This document shows positions 12,001-23,052 of a stretch of 64,000 bases of DNA, one piece after another (the stretch's first letter is position 1; each line of letters begins with the position of its first letter). Origin of the DNA: Hydrolagus affinis (lineage: Eukaryota); the NCBI GenBank assembly GCA_012026655.1, contig JAAILG010000871.1:1-64000 (forward strand), given 5' to 3'. A model generated the notes under the pieces. The model worked only from the letters and a program-made list of their open reading frames with translations, searched no databases and was not told the origin of the DNA. The translations under genes and the position numbers were made by a program.

Positions 12001-15000
12001 GCTCTTTGAATGAGACATCCTCCTGATTGTGATTATGAAGGCGTGTCAAATGCAAGAATCCCAGTAAAACTCGCATAAGTCTTATATATCACCTGAGTCG
12101 TACATTTCCCCCAGGTTTCACTCTGTGTCGTATCAAAAGCCACTCACATTTATTTATTTGCACTAGGTAATCAACCCTAACTCGTAACACCGCTCTCCTA
12201 TCCTCCATCACTCCCGTGCTTATCGACTGCAATGAATTGTGGAAAATGTAGTCTTGATCCATCGACGCATGCACAGAGGAACTTAATTTTGTGCAATTCA
12301 ATGCGATTCTGATGCTTGCCAGTATGTGCTTATGGCGTGCTATGTCAAGACGCACCAAATCATGGGAAACGTAGCCTTGACTTGCCACTGCATGTGAATA
12401 ACTGGCTGCATTGAATTGCGCATGGTTTGGTCTCTCGATCCACAGCTGTGGGCATTGCGGCTCACCCACAATTCACTTTACAGAATTATTATATATTATT
12501 ATTCTACAGTTTGCCTGCAAACTCAAGAGTTCGCGTAGTTATTATGGTCACAATTGATGTGACTTGTGTGAGTTTTATTGTAGTATTATTATTATTTAAT
12601 AATAATGATTAATAATTGTAGCTGTTCCCACACCCATCCCTGACATGTGTTCCAATTCTGACAACCATCTGGGAGAATAAGCTTCTCATTCCCATAACGC
12701 TCCCGACATGTTCTCCACCCTGTCAAACTGCCGATCCTGTGAATACTCCTGATCCCATGATCCTCACTGACTGTGACTGAATTTGTTGACTCCCAGGTTC
12801 ATGAGCAGCCTCCCCCACAGCGATCCCTTGCAGACTCTGTTCCAGCTGCTGTCTGGCAGGTTACCGGCATCAGCTACGGTAAGACACGGAGCTCAGAGGA
12901 GCTTTTATGTAAATGGTAAATGAGGAAGGGCAGATTGGGAGCCTGGAGGCTACACGAGAGGAACGGCTAGAGGAGCAGCCACTGTAGCAGCCATTGAAAA
13001 GAGGTCAAAGATGACAGAGGAAGTGAGGATGGAGGTTGTGTATGTGTCAATGATAATATAATAATAATCCTTGCATTTCATAACAGCGTCATATCACATC
13101 TCCGAGACATCTCAAAACGCTTCACGAGATATATTGTAAAGTGGGTTGATATGTATTTTGTGGGTGAAATGTTGCCATCGGTTGCACACAGCAGGAACTA
13201 TGAACAGTTACGGGACTTCTCAATGTCCTCTTGATGTGAAATCCGATATCAAATGCAAGCATTATTATTAATTATAATAATTATCATATATGTGATTATT
13301 ACCGTTATACGATGAGCTCAGATTGATTCTCAGCCTGGCCCCTCGTTTGGTACATCAAGTCACTGATTACATAAAACTCTTTATCATATTAAACTCTTTA
13401 GGAGTCCTGTAGCTCAGTGGTTAGAGCACTCGCCTCACAAGTGAGAGACCTGGGTTCAATTCCCGGCAGGACAAAACCTTAGGCAAGTCTCTTTGCTCTA
13501 CATGGAACTGTTGCTCAAGAAAAACCCCCAATAATAAATTGGTCATTTCAATCCACGACTGTTTGTGGGACACTGCTGTGTGCAATTAGCTGCCACATTT
13601 CGCCCACAAATATACAGTCAATTCACTTACAGTATATTTGGTGAAGAGCTTTGAGACGTCTAGAAGAGGTGAACACCTCTATATCAAATGCAAGGTTTAT
13701 TATATTATTATCTCCAATGTGGTTCTTACAGTGAGTCCCTTTGGTTGATTTTCATCTCCTTAATCCAGCATCTATAAGGATAATCTCAGCCTGTCGGAGC
13801 TCAGTAACAAAATGGCAACAACCCTTATGTCCTCTCCTCACTGACTGGAAGTCTTACTTACTGAGCCATTGGGGCATCAGATCCCCAGTGTCTGGGAATG
13901 GGAGAGAAGCTGAGAGTAGAACCTCGCTTGCAAGGCAAGTGGGCTGACCACTACGAAACCGGCCTCAAAGTTGTTCTTTACCATGGGTCTTCTCAATGCT
14001 CACAACTTTCCGGGGGTTGACCTATTGTCTCATTTGTGTCTCAGAGCTGCGGAGATGTGAAGTGGGGGGACTGGAGACCACACCTGGCCACCATCCTGTC
14101 CAACCAGACCAACGACAATGAGTTCAACAAGAAAGTCATGGTTACCATGGGCGACTCGCTGGGTATGTAACAGAGTGTTGGACATGTTCACCCTCGTACC
14201 TTTGATGGGAGATTGTATTATTGTGGGTGTTTTTGGTCAGCCATGTGGAAACCATCACCGTGCTTAAAAGTATCCAAACCAAGGTGAGATTTCCATGCTT
14301 CCCACCTACAAATTTCAGAGATAGGTTGTTGGAATAACTTTCTCCCTGGAGGAATGCATCCCACTGACCTAACTCCAGAAGTATTAGGCAGAAGTTGGCA
14401 AGAGCCAAGGTTTAGGGATCCCATTATGTGGATTGGGATCATTGCTGGAGTCTAACCAGCTAAAACCACACAGCTTGCCTTCTCTGTCTGGCAAGCTTTC
14501 CCGCTGCATGTCCAGCCTAGACCGCACTACCCTGTTAGGAATTTCGCTTGCAGTGTTAACAGTAGCTGAGTGAGAAGAGTCACTCAATCCATGACTGTTT
14601 ATGACACACTGCCTTGTGTCAAAACTGGGTTTTGCCCACAGTCAATCTACTTTACAGTATATAGTGAAGCGTTTTGAGACATCTCAACAACAGATCTCCT
14701 CTGTGTTCCAGCTGGGAGAGGGTTGCTCGAAGCTGCTCACGTGTGCTATCTGATGGCCCAGGTCAACTTTGGCTGCTGCTCAGCAAAGACCAGTAAGTTA
14801 GTGTTACTGGGCAGCAATCACAGGTGAGAGCTTCTTAACAATCAGTGCATTGACAAAGAATTCACCATCCGTCGCCTCTGCTCTGCTGGCCGAGGCCTCT
14901 AGTTTATACCTCATCTCCTCCACTCCACCATCGGTGGCCATCTTTTCAGCCACTACTCCTCTCCTAGGGCTTTGAATTGCAGAGTTAACATGAGCTGAGT

Positions 15001-18000
15001 GGACCCAGTGACTGAGCCAGTCTGACACAATATTTCAGGGGTCTGGTAGAATATTTGGAGATAAACTTGCTTTGATTAGACAGGGTCTGTAAACTGTAAC
15101 ATGTCTGAACACCCCCCAACACTTTTCAACTCTCCATCTGCCCTGGTTCTGCTCTGTATATTAGGGGTGCCTGAGGTGGTTCACAATTAGAGTGGGAGGT
15201 AGACTTCAAATTGCACTAAGCTTCATATTAATTCCCTTCCTCTCATTTAATGTCCATCTCAAGACTTACCTTTAACTCCACAATTTCAGTCATCTTTCTC
15301 CTCTGCTCCACCTCAGCTCCCACTCCCAGCTCTCTCTCTCTCTCTCTGTTTTGGCCAATAAAATTGGTCACTCACTCCATGATTGATTTTGAGACATTGC
15401 TTTGTTCAAGTGGCAGAATGTATAGTTTACACTATGGTTTACACTATACCCTGTGAAGTGCTTTAAGTGAAAATGTACCATAATCACATGCAAAGATTAT
15501 TATTATTATATCCATATCATATTCTCTGGTCACTGATGATGCCTCTTCTTTTCACCAGTTTGCCATTTCCTCAGTTTGCCACGAACACAGCTATTCAGTG
15601 TACTGAAGTGTACGAGTATTCCCAGCGACTTCACCAGCCTCACTACAACATTCCCAACTTCCAGGTAAATCACTCCCTCAGCCAGGTCAGCTACAGCATG
15701 GGTTAGAGACAGAGTAAAGCTCCCTCTGCACTGCCCATCCACACTCCTATGCCAGTGACAACACAGATTAGAGACAGAATAGATCTGTCAGTGTGCTGGC
15801 GTAAGGGGGAAACGTTCCGAATCTCTCCCATGAATGTGTGGCCTCCATCAAAGAAACCATAGACATTTACAGCACACAAGCAGTCCATTGAGCCCATTGT
15901 GAGGGAGCTGTTTTTTTTGTCAGAAAAAGACCTTTCAGTCCCCTTTTCTCCATATAATAATCCTTGCAATTGATATAGTGCCTTATCACTTCCTTGAGAC
16001 GTGTCAATGCATCTCACAGGATATACAGGAAAGTGGATTGACTGTCTATTTTATGGGCAAAACGCGGCAGCTGGTTTGCGCACAGCAGTGTCCCGCAAAC
16101 AACCATGGAGTGAGTGACCAATTTTATTTGGGGGATTGCTAACCAAAACACTGGGAGAGAGAAACTCCCTTCTCTTTTCCAAAAGTGCCGCGTGATCTAT
16201 CTGAACGACGGCCCCTCTGACAATGCAACAGCCCCCCACCACCAGCGCTGCATTGGAGTAGTAGCTTAGACCCTGTGATCCTAACTCCCAACGTGGGGCT
16301 TGAACCCACAACCTTCTTGCTCAGACAAGGAGTGTTACCACTGCGCCAGACTGATATTAGCATACAGTAGTAGTGGGGGGTGGGGGAAAGCCACTCATTT
16401 ATTGGTGGTGCTTTGTTGAGCTACTTTACTTTGACATTAGGTGACCACCTGATGCGTACACTTCAATGTTATTTCTTCCTCTTCAGGTCTTTAAGTTTGT
16501 GTACGCATGCCGACTGGCTGATTATGGTCTAACTGCCCAAGCCTTCCAGTACTGTGAGGCAATTGGGCGAGCCCTGGTACAGCAGTCTGAGGCTTACAGC
16601 ACAGTGCTGACAGGCGAGGTGATCAAGGTGAGGCCCTTACACACAGCAGGACTTGTTTTGCTCAGCCGGGTGTCTGACACTTGAGGAAACCCACCACTAT
16701 GCTTAACAGTATCCAAATCAAACTGGGATTTCCAAGCATCCCACCTACACATGGAAATTTCTGACTCATTGCCCAATCCTGTGTTACAGTTGGCAGACAG
16801 ACTCGCGTCCTTTGACCCTCAACGGTTAGCTGTTCAAGGGCAGGGGTACCTTCCCGAACCGGATTGGTTAAAACAACTGCAAATTTTGCACAACAACCAG
16901 ATGGTAAGAAAATAACTGCGTGATGACTGGGGGAGAGAGGGAGGTCACGGTCCAGGGACGTGAAGGGGAATCGAGAGCAGGACACGCACCCCTTCTGGTT
17001 AAAGAAATACCTCCCAGTGTCTATCTGCCAGGGTAAGTGATTTTAACGGGTGTCTGACACATGTGGAAATCCATTACCATGAGAGTATCCAAACCAAGCT
17101 GAGAATTCCATGCATTCCACCTACACATGGAAATCCCAGAGATAGATTGTTGGCATGGAATGCGTTCTCTTTCCCTGGAAGGACCCATCCCACTTACCTA
17201 ATTCCAAAAAGTATCAGATACAGGTCGGCAGGAGCTGAGGCTTGAAGTGTGAATTGCTTTACCTCTGGTGTCTGATCAGCTAAAACCGCATACATTGCCA
17301 ATGCCATTGAGAGCACTGTGTGGTATGCGTTCCTGACACTTGCCCAGCGAGGACAACCTTACCCGTTATTAAGACAAAAGTGAAAAGAGCAACAATGACC
17401 AGAGGTTCCGCTCACAGGATTCAGAATGTGCCTGTGTTTTATCCGCAGACACATGGTGTCTGGGGCAGTTACGAGCACTCCCAGCCAATTACTTGGACAT
17501 CGGGCAGCCAGGAAATTAGGTCTGCACACGATACAGGTGCGTTCTTCCTGGTTTATGTCCAGGCGCGCACACATTACACCTTCATACTGATGTTCCTCCA
17601 GCTCCTGCACACTGTCAGTCTTGGTCACTGCAAGCTTTCGCTCACACTCACAAATCTTTTTGTTTACTATTCTAATCGGTTTTCACCCCCTGTCGCAAGC
17701 TTCTCCTTCGTGCTCCCAGTATTTACAGCAAGTTTCATTGCATTGTTGCTAAAGATGACCTGAGTAACTCCGCTTTCTCTTCATTCCTCCATTGTCCACA
17801 ATCAGGGTCCAAGGGGCAACCTGAGGAGCAACTTCCAACAGCCACGTACCAACCGCTGGCTCTTGGTGGCCCTGACTGTGGGAAGGTCCCTGAGCAAAGC
17901 CCTGAACAACGGCAACTGTGCCAATCTCCTGCCCTCAGTGCCGATGGGCTGCCCATCCCTCACATGGCACCAGCACAAACTCTGCCAGCCCCCAGTGGGT

Positions 18001-21000
18001 GTAATGGGACCTGGGAGCAGCCGCCGGCATTGACAAGCAACGTGGAGCTGAACTCAAGAACCCAGCTCTGTCCTCATCCTCAGGAGAGAGGCAGCGGTAC
18101 GTGTCACTCCAGCCTCAGCCTGGAAACAATACAGTTAACAGTTATATAGAACAGGGTCATCCAACTGTCGGCTCACGGGCCACATATGGCTCACAAGTTG
18201 ATTTCATCCAATGCATTAGTTAGGCTCAATTCCCTGCTTGTCGGCCTTCCAAAGTCTTCCCTCCCGAAGCTGCAGATTATCCAGAACTCTGCAGCTCATG
18301 TGCTCTCCCTCCCTGTGCCCACTCTCATCCTGCGCCGCTGGCTCCCCATCGTCAGAGGATAGAATTGAAAATTCTCATCTTCTCCTTCAAAGCCATCTAA
18401 GGTCCTGTTCCTTCCTACCCGTGACCTTCTAATGCCAGGGCTTTCTCAGTCTCTCTCACTCACTCTCTCAAACCTCTCTCATGCACTCGCTCTCAAATCT
18501 CTCCATTTCTCTCCCTTTATTTCACTGTGCATGGCAGACACTGCCGTGGAGCCGATGCCCTTGGTGACCTTGAGCGGAGATGGTGCAGTGTCCGGCCAGC
18601 ATTTTGCCACGGATGTGGCAGCAAGAATGGTGAGCAGCTGTCTGCATACATCAAGGGGGAGGTGTGTGTGCGTGCATGCTTGCCCGGGTGTGTGCGCACA
18701 CGGGGGGTTGGAATTAAAAGTTACTGAATGACATTAGGATAGCTGAGAGGAAACCAGTGAGGTTTGTGATCTATGGAGCAGGGTTGTTGTGTCTGACGTG
18801 TCCTGGAGGCAGATCAGTCACTCGATGTCATTGATACTGAATACTGACTCGATGTTGCTCCCTGGTATAGTTTGGGTTTGAGCTGGTGGGACGTCCTCAT
18901 GCCGTGAAAGCACACAAGCATAATTTTGTTTCTTGTTGTTGTCGGTGTGCCTGAGGCTCAGTGAACGAGACTGTGGCTCGGAGTTAGGCCCCGCCACTGT
19001 TAAGTGCTCTGAGACTCTACCCTGCATGGAGAGCGTGATATAAGTGCAAGTTGTTGTTGCAGGTGTTCAGCCACACAGCCTGGAAACCACAACAGTAAAG
19101 CTCTGGTTTAGGCTGGCCTCAGTTGGGGTAATGCTCGGAGGTCAATAACATGTACTTTATTTTATTCCCCCATCCACATTAAAAAAAAAGAGATGGGTGT
19201 TTTTCTCTCCCGATGTAATATAATTGGTCACTCACTCTATGGATATTATGGAACGTCATTGCGTACAAATTGGCGTAGTACACAGTCACTACACTTTACA
19301 GTAAATACTGTGAAGCACTATGAAAAGTCTCTGGCGTACTAAGGTATTTCCCATGCCACCACTTGCCGCTTTCACTCAGCCGGCTCTGACCTCCTATTTG
19401 TCCCTCATCTCCTTCGCTCCACCATTTGCAGCCACTACCCACCAAGCCTCTAGAACTCTCTCCCACAATCTCCACTTTTCCACCTCCTTCCCCATTCTCA
19501 GAAACAGCTTCTATTTACCTAGCAGTAAGTAGGAACCCATTGTTAGTCAATTTGCTTTCTGGGTGTAATAATCCCTCAAAAAAAATGGCATCACTCGATC
19601 CACGATTGTTTGTGTGCAATTTGCACAAAATACAGATAATCCACTTTACAGTATAATTTGTGAAGCACTTTGAGATATCTTGACAACAGAAGGTACTGCA
19701 TCAAATGCAGTTATTGTTTACTATTATATTACTATATTATATCTACAGCACATTCTACATCCTCGAGTTAGGACGACGTCTGAGGTTTCTTCCATCTCTG
19801 TGGAGGACCATCAGCAAGGGACAGGACCATCAGCTGTAGACCAGACCAGGGGAGGGCACCCAGGCCAGGAGGTAACCGGAGGAGCGAGCAATGAGGTGGA
19901 GAGGAAGGTGAGAAACAGGAAGTATATGAACGAGAGCTTAGATTGTGTTGCCACAAACTCTTACCTCTCAGTCAGGAGGTTGTGGGTTCAAGCCCCATGT
20001 CTCAGGATTTTGAGCTCAGTCTAGGCTGACGCTCCAGTGCAGTCCTGGAGGAGCGCTGCGTTGTCGAAGATGTCATGTTAACCCAAAGCCCCGTATGTGT
20101 TCAGTGTACTCTAAATGGCACTATTGAAAAAGAGAAGGGAGTTTCTCTCTCCCGTAGTCTTGGACAACAATTCCCCCCAGATAAGATAGTCGCTCACTCC
20201 ATGGATTTTTGTAGGACTTTGCTGTGTACTGTGTGCTGTTTGCTGCTGTGTGGATTGAGTGAGCACATGATTTTATTGCCCTGGAATGTGACCCACCGCC
20301 AATTGACTAACAACCAGGTTCCTGCTTATTGCTCGGTAAACAGAGACATGTGGAGTAAGGAAACTGGCCCAAGGGTTTGTTTTGCCCGGGTCCTCTCACT
20401 TGCGAGACGAGTGATCTAACCCTACACTATGGGACTCTGATTATTGTCAATGAAGTGCCTGTGGATGGAGTTGCTGTGTGAGTTTGTGCTGTAGCATTTG
20501 TAGGTCCAGCTAACTCTCGTTTCCTCTCCAGGGCGGGAGGCTCTCTGGCTGGTTCACATGGTTCAGATCAAAGCCGGCAAAGCATCGCGAGGAGACGGGG
20601 GTCAGTGTTGCTGCGAGCAGCCGTCACATTCAATTAACGTGGCCGTCTAGATACCCATCGGCACTGACACACACGGAAACCCATCTCCATGATCAGCCAG
20701 TGTTTGACACACACAGAAACAAATCACTGTGATCAGCCAGTGTCTGATACATGTGAAAACCTATCACTGTGATTAGCTGGGTGTCTGACCCATGTGAAAA
20801 CCCATCCCTAGGCTTCATACCAGACTGAGAGTTCCATGTTCACCATGTGGATATTCCCGTGTTTGGAATGGAATGTGTACTCTCTCCCTGGAAGGATGCA
20901 AACTGCTTACCTAATTCCAGAGAATTAAGCCACAGGTTGACCAGTGTGGAAGTTTCTCTCTCCCAGTGTCCTGGTCAAATAAAATTGGTCACTCATTCCA

Positions 21001-22175
21001 CAACTATTTGTGGGACATTGCTGCGTCCAAACTGGCTGCCGTGTTCACTCACAAAACACAATCACTCCAATTCACGGTAAATGTTGTGAAGTATACTTTT
21101 GAGATATGCTCCCAGCGTGAAAAGGCGCAGTGTGAATTACATGGATTATTATTGTGCAAAATGTATGATTGTTTTGTTTTGTTTTTAGAAGAATGTGATC
21201 CCATGTCTGGAGGCTGACACGGTTCCCTTTTACAACCCCTCACAGTTTTCACAGGTTCAGACTTCATTTACTTTTAGTCAAGCTCACCGGCCTCAAACTC
21301 AACCTGGCTCAGTCACTCTCACTCTCGCCTCTGAGTCAGGAGGTTATGTATTCAAGCCCCACTTTCGGTTCTTTGAGCTCACGGTCTAACTTAACATACC
21401 ATCATTCCAATTTGACATTAAATGGTGGCTCCGCCTGGTCAGCTGGGCATCAAAGATCCCGTGACGTTATTGGAAATTAAAAGGTTGTTTTTCCTCTCCC
21501 GGTGTTCTGGCCAACAATCACCCAGATAAAATCGGTCAATTCACACTCCACGGCTCTGTGTGGCACACGGTTGTGTGCAAACTGACCACTTTTTCCTACA
21601 AAACACACAGTCACTCCACTCCATAGAGAATGTAGAGCTTTGGGATGGTTTGACGTTGCAGGCATTGTAGGATCATTATATTCTCTGCAGTGATTACAAG
21701 GTTTGCACCAACTGTCCTTTCCTCTCATCCCACCTTAAGCTCTTTCTTCCCAGAGTCCAGTGGTAGCTTCAGCCACCATCCTGCTCACCTGGTCAGGCTA
21801 TTGGTGTTCTGTGTAAAGTGACACTTTCTGGTATCTGACTCAAACCCCTCACATCCTCATCCTGAGTGACAATTCCTCCAACCAGGTAACCCACACAGGG
21901 GGACAGGGGGACAATCACAGCAGCTGAAGCCAGGGACCCTGACTCTTTTATGTACCCTGTACTCTCAGTGGGTGAATGGGGGGAATGAGATCAAACAGTG
22001 AGCTAGCGAATGTTATCCCCTGATCTAATCTGTATTTCTGTGTTTCAAACAGAACGTTGTCTCCATACCCCGGGCCAGCCGCTTGCTACAAAACCCATAC
22101 CCGGTAAATTGCTACCCAGAGACCACTCCAACCGGTGACGCCCCCCCCCCACCCGGTAACCTCGCCACCCGGTAA
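3518..22175 (+). CDS. SEC16B: SEC16B, ER exit-site scaffold; spliced CDS of 23 exons, 3045 nt, 1014 aa
   Basis: All exons join in frame at GT-AG. Sec16B motifs: [103 protein letters not shown]. Confidence 0.93.
3923..4062 (+). CDS. SEC16B: SEC16B coding exon 2
   Basis: TTTTAG acceptor; Tyr/Gly-rich [14 protein letters not shown]...HPYQ; G|GTGAGT. Confidence 0.8.
4310..4745 (+). mobile_element. Deu-domain-like SINE with L2-type tail (representative copy)
   Basis: Core GCATTGTCAGAGGTGCCATCTTTCAGATGAGAT...CCTGTTCAGGTGGATGT, tail TGTAAAGCACTTTGGG...TATATCAAATGTAAGG(ATT)n; many dispersed copies in the window. Confidence 0.72.
4828..5188 (+). mobile_element. tRNA-derived SINE copy
   Basis: Same family as 13401-13710; (ATT)n tail ends about 20 nt before the SEC16B exon 3 acceptor. 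Confidence 0.72.
5211..5346 (+). CDS. SEC16B: SEC16B coding exon 3
   Basis: CTCTGTAG acceptor; [10 protein letters not shown]...RDVWH; AG|GTAAAT. Confidence 0.78.
5895..6110. repeat. (CT)n microsatellite and CT-rich tract
   Basis: Near-pure CT run at about 6049-6083 within a degenerate CT/GT tract. Confidence 0.88.
6143..6272 (+). CDS. SEC16B: SEC16B coding exon 4
   Basis: [14 protein letters not shown]...DACGE; phases match both neighbours; GAG|GTATTG. Confidence 0.7.
6520..7097 (+). mobile_element. CR1 LINE 3' fragment interrupted by a MITE-like insert (about 6847-7051)
   Basis: GTGATCTGATTGAAGTGTTTAAAA...GATAGAGTAGATGGAGAGAAACTATTTCCTCTGG, typical of the CR1 ORF2 end; resumes after the insert. 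Confidence 0.65.
7127..7277 (+). CDS. SEC16B: SEC16B coding exon 5
   Basis: TTTCAG acceptor; [15 protein letters not shown]; G|GTAATA. Confidence 0.9.
7385..7677 (-). mobile_element. tRNA-derived SINE copy
   Basis: Reverse complement of the same family. Confidence 0.7.
8077..8101. repeat. (TGAC)n microsatellite just upstream of SEC16B exon 6
   Basis: TGACTGACTGACTGACTGACTGACT. Confidence 0.9.
8117..8268 (+). CDS. SEC16B: SEC16B coding exon 6
   Basis: [24 protein letters not shown]...ALVELHSLE; GAG|GTGAGT. Confidence 0.93.
8661..8722 (+). CDS. SEC16B: SEC16B coding exon 7
   Basis: [21 protein letters not shown]; AG|GTAATA. Confidence 0.93.
8991..9129 (+). CDS. SEC16B: SEC16B coding exon 8
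   Basis: [11 protein letters not shown]...[13 protein letters not shown]; GGA|GTGAGT. Confidence 0.93.
9352..9594 (+). CDS. SEC16B: SEC16B coding exon 9
   Basis: [13 protein letters not shown]...DLLTGDIP...[11 protein letters not shown]; AAG|GTAAGA. Confidence 0.93.
9680..9835. mobile_element. Mariner-like left-end fragment; second copy at 45445-45590
   Basis: Both copies begin TA|CAGGGTGT and share ...TGTTACCCC...GTATTCAGTACAAG...TGTCCAGAGGAT. Confidence 0.6.
10975..11312 (+). mobile_element. Deu-domain-like SINE copy
   Basis: Same core and tail as 4310-4745. Confidence 0.68.
11336..11433 (+). CDS. SEC16B: SEC16B coding exon 10
   Basis: [32 protein letters not shown]; AG|GTCAGT. Confidence 0.94.
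12797..12878 (+). CDS. SEC16B: SEC16B coding exon 11
   Basis: [27 protein letters not shown]; ACG|GTAAGA. Confidence 0.94.
13401..13710 (+). mobile_element. tRNA-derived SINE with L2-type tail (representative copy)
   Basis: A box TAGCTCAGTGG, B box GGTTCAATTCC, body AAAACCTTAGGCAAG, tail GTGAAGAGCTTTGAGACG...TATATCAAATGCAAGG. Confidence 0.8.
14045..14162 (+). CDS. SEC16B: SEC16B coding exon 12
   Basis: [21 protein letters not shown]...MGDSL; G|GTATGT. Confidence 0.94.
14231..14580. repeat. Unclassified interspersed repeat family (representative copy)
   Basis: Related segments at about 3170-3390, 8380-8600, 16660-16765, 17047-17330, 20780-20945, 23200-23455, 28570-28970, 33370-33690, 53520-53630 and 54905-55240. 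Confidence 0.8.
14712..14823 (+). CDS. SEC16B: SEC16B coding exon 13
   Basis: [20 protein letters not shown]...LVLLGSNH; AG|GTGAGA. Confidence 0.94.
15559..15664 (+). CDS. SEC16B: SEC16B coding exon 14
   Basis: [22 protein letters not shown]...IPNFQ; CAG|GTAAAT. Confidence 0.94.
15950..16352 (-). mobile_element. Deu-domain-like SINE copy
   Basis: Reverse complement of the same family. Confidence 0.7.
16487..16627 (+). CDS. SEC16B: SEC16B coding exon 15
   Basis: [27 protein letters not shown]...EVIK; AAG|GTGAGG. Confidence 0.94.
16790..16903 (+). CDS. SEC16B: SEC16B coding exon 16
   Basis: [11 protein letters not shown]...EPDWLKQLQ; ATG|GTAAGA. Confidence 0.92.
17449..17536 (+). CDS. SEC16B: SEC16B coding exon 17 (divergent region)
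   Basis: TTTTATCCGCAG acceptor, open frame, G|GTGCGT; phase-consistent, no motif recognised. Confidence 0.6.
17806..18096 (+). CDS. SEC16B: SEC16B coding exon 18 (Pro/Gln-rich)
   Basis: Pyrimidine-rich acceptor, 291-nt open frame, G|GTACGT. Confidence 0.7.
18538..18629 (+). CDS. SEC16B: SEC16B coding exon 19
   Basis: Phase 1 to phase 0, open frame [10 protein letters not shown]...AARM; ATG|GTGAGC. Confidence 0.6.
19749..19907 (+). CDS. SEC16B: SEC16B coding exon 20
   Basis: [15 protein letters not shown], resembling the Sec16 RxRSxSExS motif; AAG|GTGAGA. Confidence 0.82.
20532..20600 (+). CDS. SEC16B: SEC16B coding exon 21
   Basis: [18 protein letters not shown]; GGG|GTCAGT. Confidence 0.85.
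20662..20807. repeat. About 39-nt tandem repeat x4 derived from the end of the unclassified family
   Basis: TGACACAC...GAAACCCATCACTGTGATCAGCCAGTGT-like units. Confidence 0.75.
21189..21254 (+). CDS. SEC16B: SEC16B coding exon 22
   Basis: TTTTTAG acceptor; [11 protein letters not shown] Sec16 C-terminal motif; weak donor CAG|GTTCAG. Confidence 0.75.
22053..22175 (+). CDS. SEC16B: SEC16B last coding exon
   Basis: [11 protein letters not shown] resembles the human RPNRLAQRRYP terminus; TAA at 22173-22175. Confidence 0.72.
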   Translation, partial: NVVSIPRASRLLQNPYPVNCYPETTPTGDAPPPPGNLATR

Positions 22176-22208
22176 CCCCGCCACCCGGTAACCCCGCCAC
22201 CCGGTAAG
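22149..22208 (+). repeat. 16-nt tandem repeat x4 spanning the SEC16B stop codon
   Basis: CCACCCGGTAAC(C/T)CCG-type units read directly; last unit partial. Confidence 0.9.
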
Positions 22209-22451
22209 CTGAGGGATTCATCTGGAGTGAAGCTGGGCTGACGGTGGCTGAATTCCTTTGCTCAGTGATTAGGGCTGGAGCTCAGCACAAAGTTAATGGA
22301 CAATTACCCAATCGAGGCAGAGATTCCTCAGAGAAGCAGAGACAAACAAACTCTGACCTCTTCACTCTAATCACCTCACCCACACAGCAGCTTAACACAG
22401 CTTACCAGCCAGAACGTGAGGGACTCTGACAAGGGCAAGACTGCGACTCTA

Positions 22452-22585
22452 CAGTGACAGTAACACACGCTACACTGACAGTAACACACATTCTATGCTG
22501 ACAGTAACACACACTCTATACTGACAGTAACACACTGTCAACATTGACAGCACTAGACTGTAATATACTCTGCGCTGACAGTACA
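22452..22585. repeat. Degenerate tandem repeat in the SEC16B 3' UTR
   Basis: Repeated CTGACAGTAACACAC core. Confidence 0.75.
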
Positions 22586-23046
22586 AGACACCCAACAATC
22601 ACAATCCAATTGAAACGTTAAAACCAGTCACTACACCTGACAATGACTACCTCGGAAGTGCTGTTTGGAGCCTGACAATATGAGATTATTGTACAGTAAA
22701 CCTTGCATAAATCATGTTGTGATGAATTGTATAATTGCATAAATTGTATATGCACCCGACACACAGTTATTTTCTCAACAAAAGCCGTGAGTTTGTTGCA
22801 CTGGTCGTATTTTGCAAGTGGGATAAACGACAGAGTCATTAATATTTTGTGGTCCAAAATACCCCTGAATCCTGACGCTAATCCTCTCCTAATTCGTATC
22901 ACTTAGTGTTTGAAACAAGCCGGGAAACAAGGTCTTATCTTTATCCCCATGTCACAAAAGACAAACTTAACATCGCAAAACTGGTATTAAGTCGGCTGAT
23001 ACAATTTATGTGCGTTTGCTCCAGATTTGTATTCCATGTAAATGAT

Positions 23047-23052
23047 ATTAAA
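23047..23052 (+). terminator. Candidate SEC16B poly(A) signal (ATTAAA variant)
   Basis: Only AWTAAA I noticed between the stop codon and the COP1 promoter; followed by G/T-rich sequence. Confidence 0.35.

Noticed and set aside
13401-13475. tRNA-like sequences with A and B boxes
   Set aside because: They continue into a SINE body and tail and are dispersed degenerate copies, not tRNA genes
20662-22585. Short tandem arrays as possible CRISPR-like repeats
   Set aside because: Eukaryotic context, no unique spacers of constant length, no cas genes
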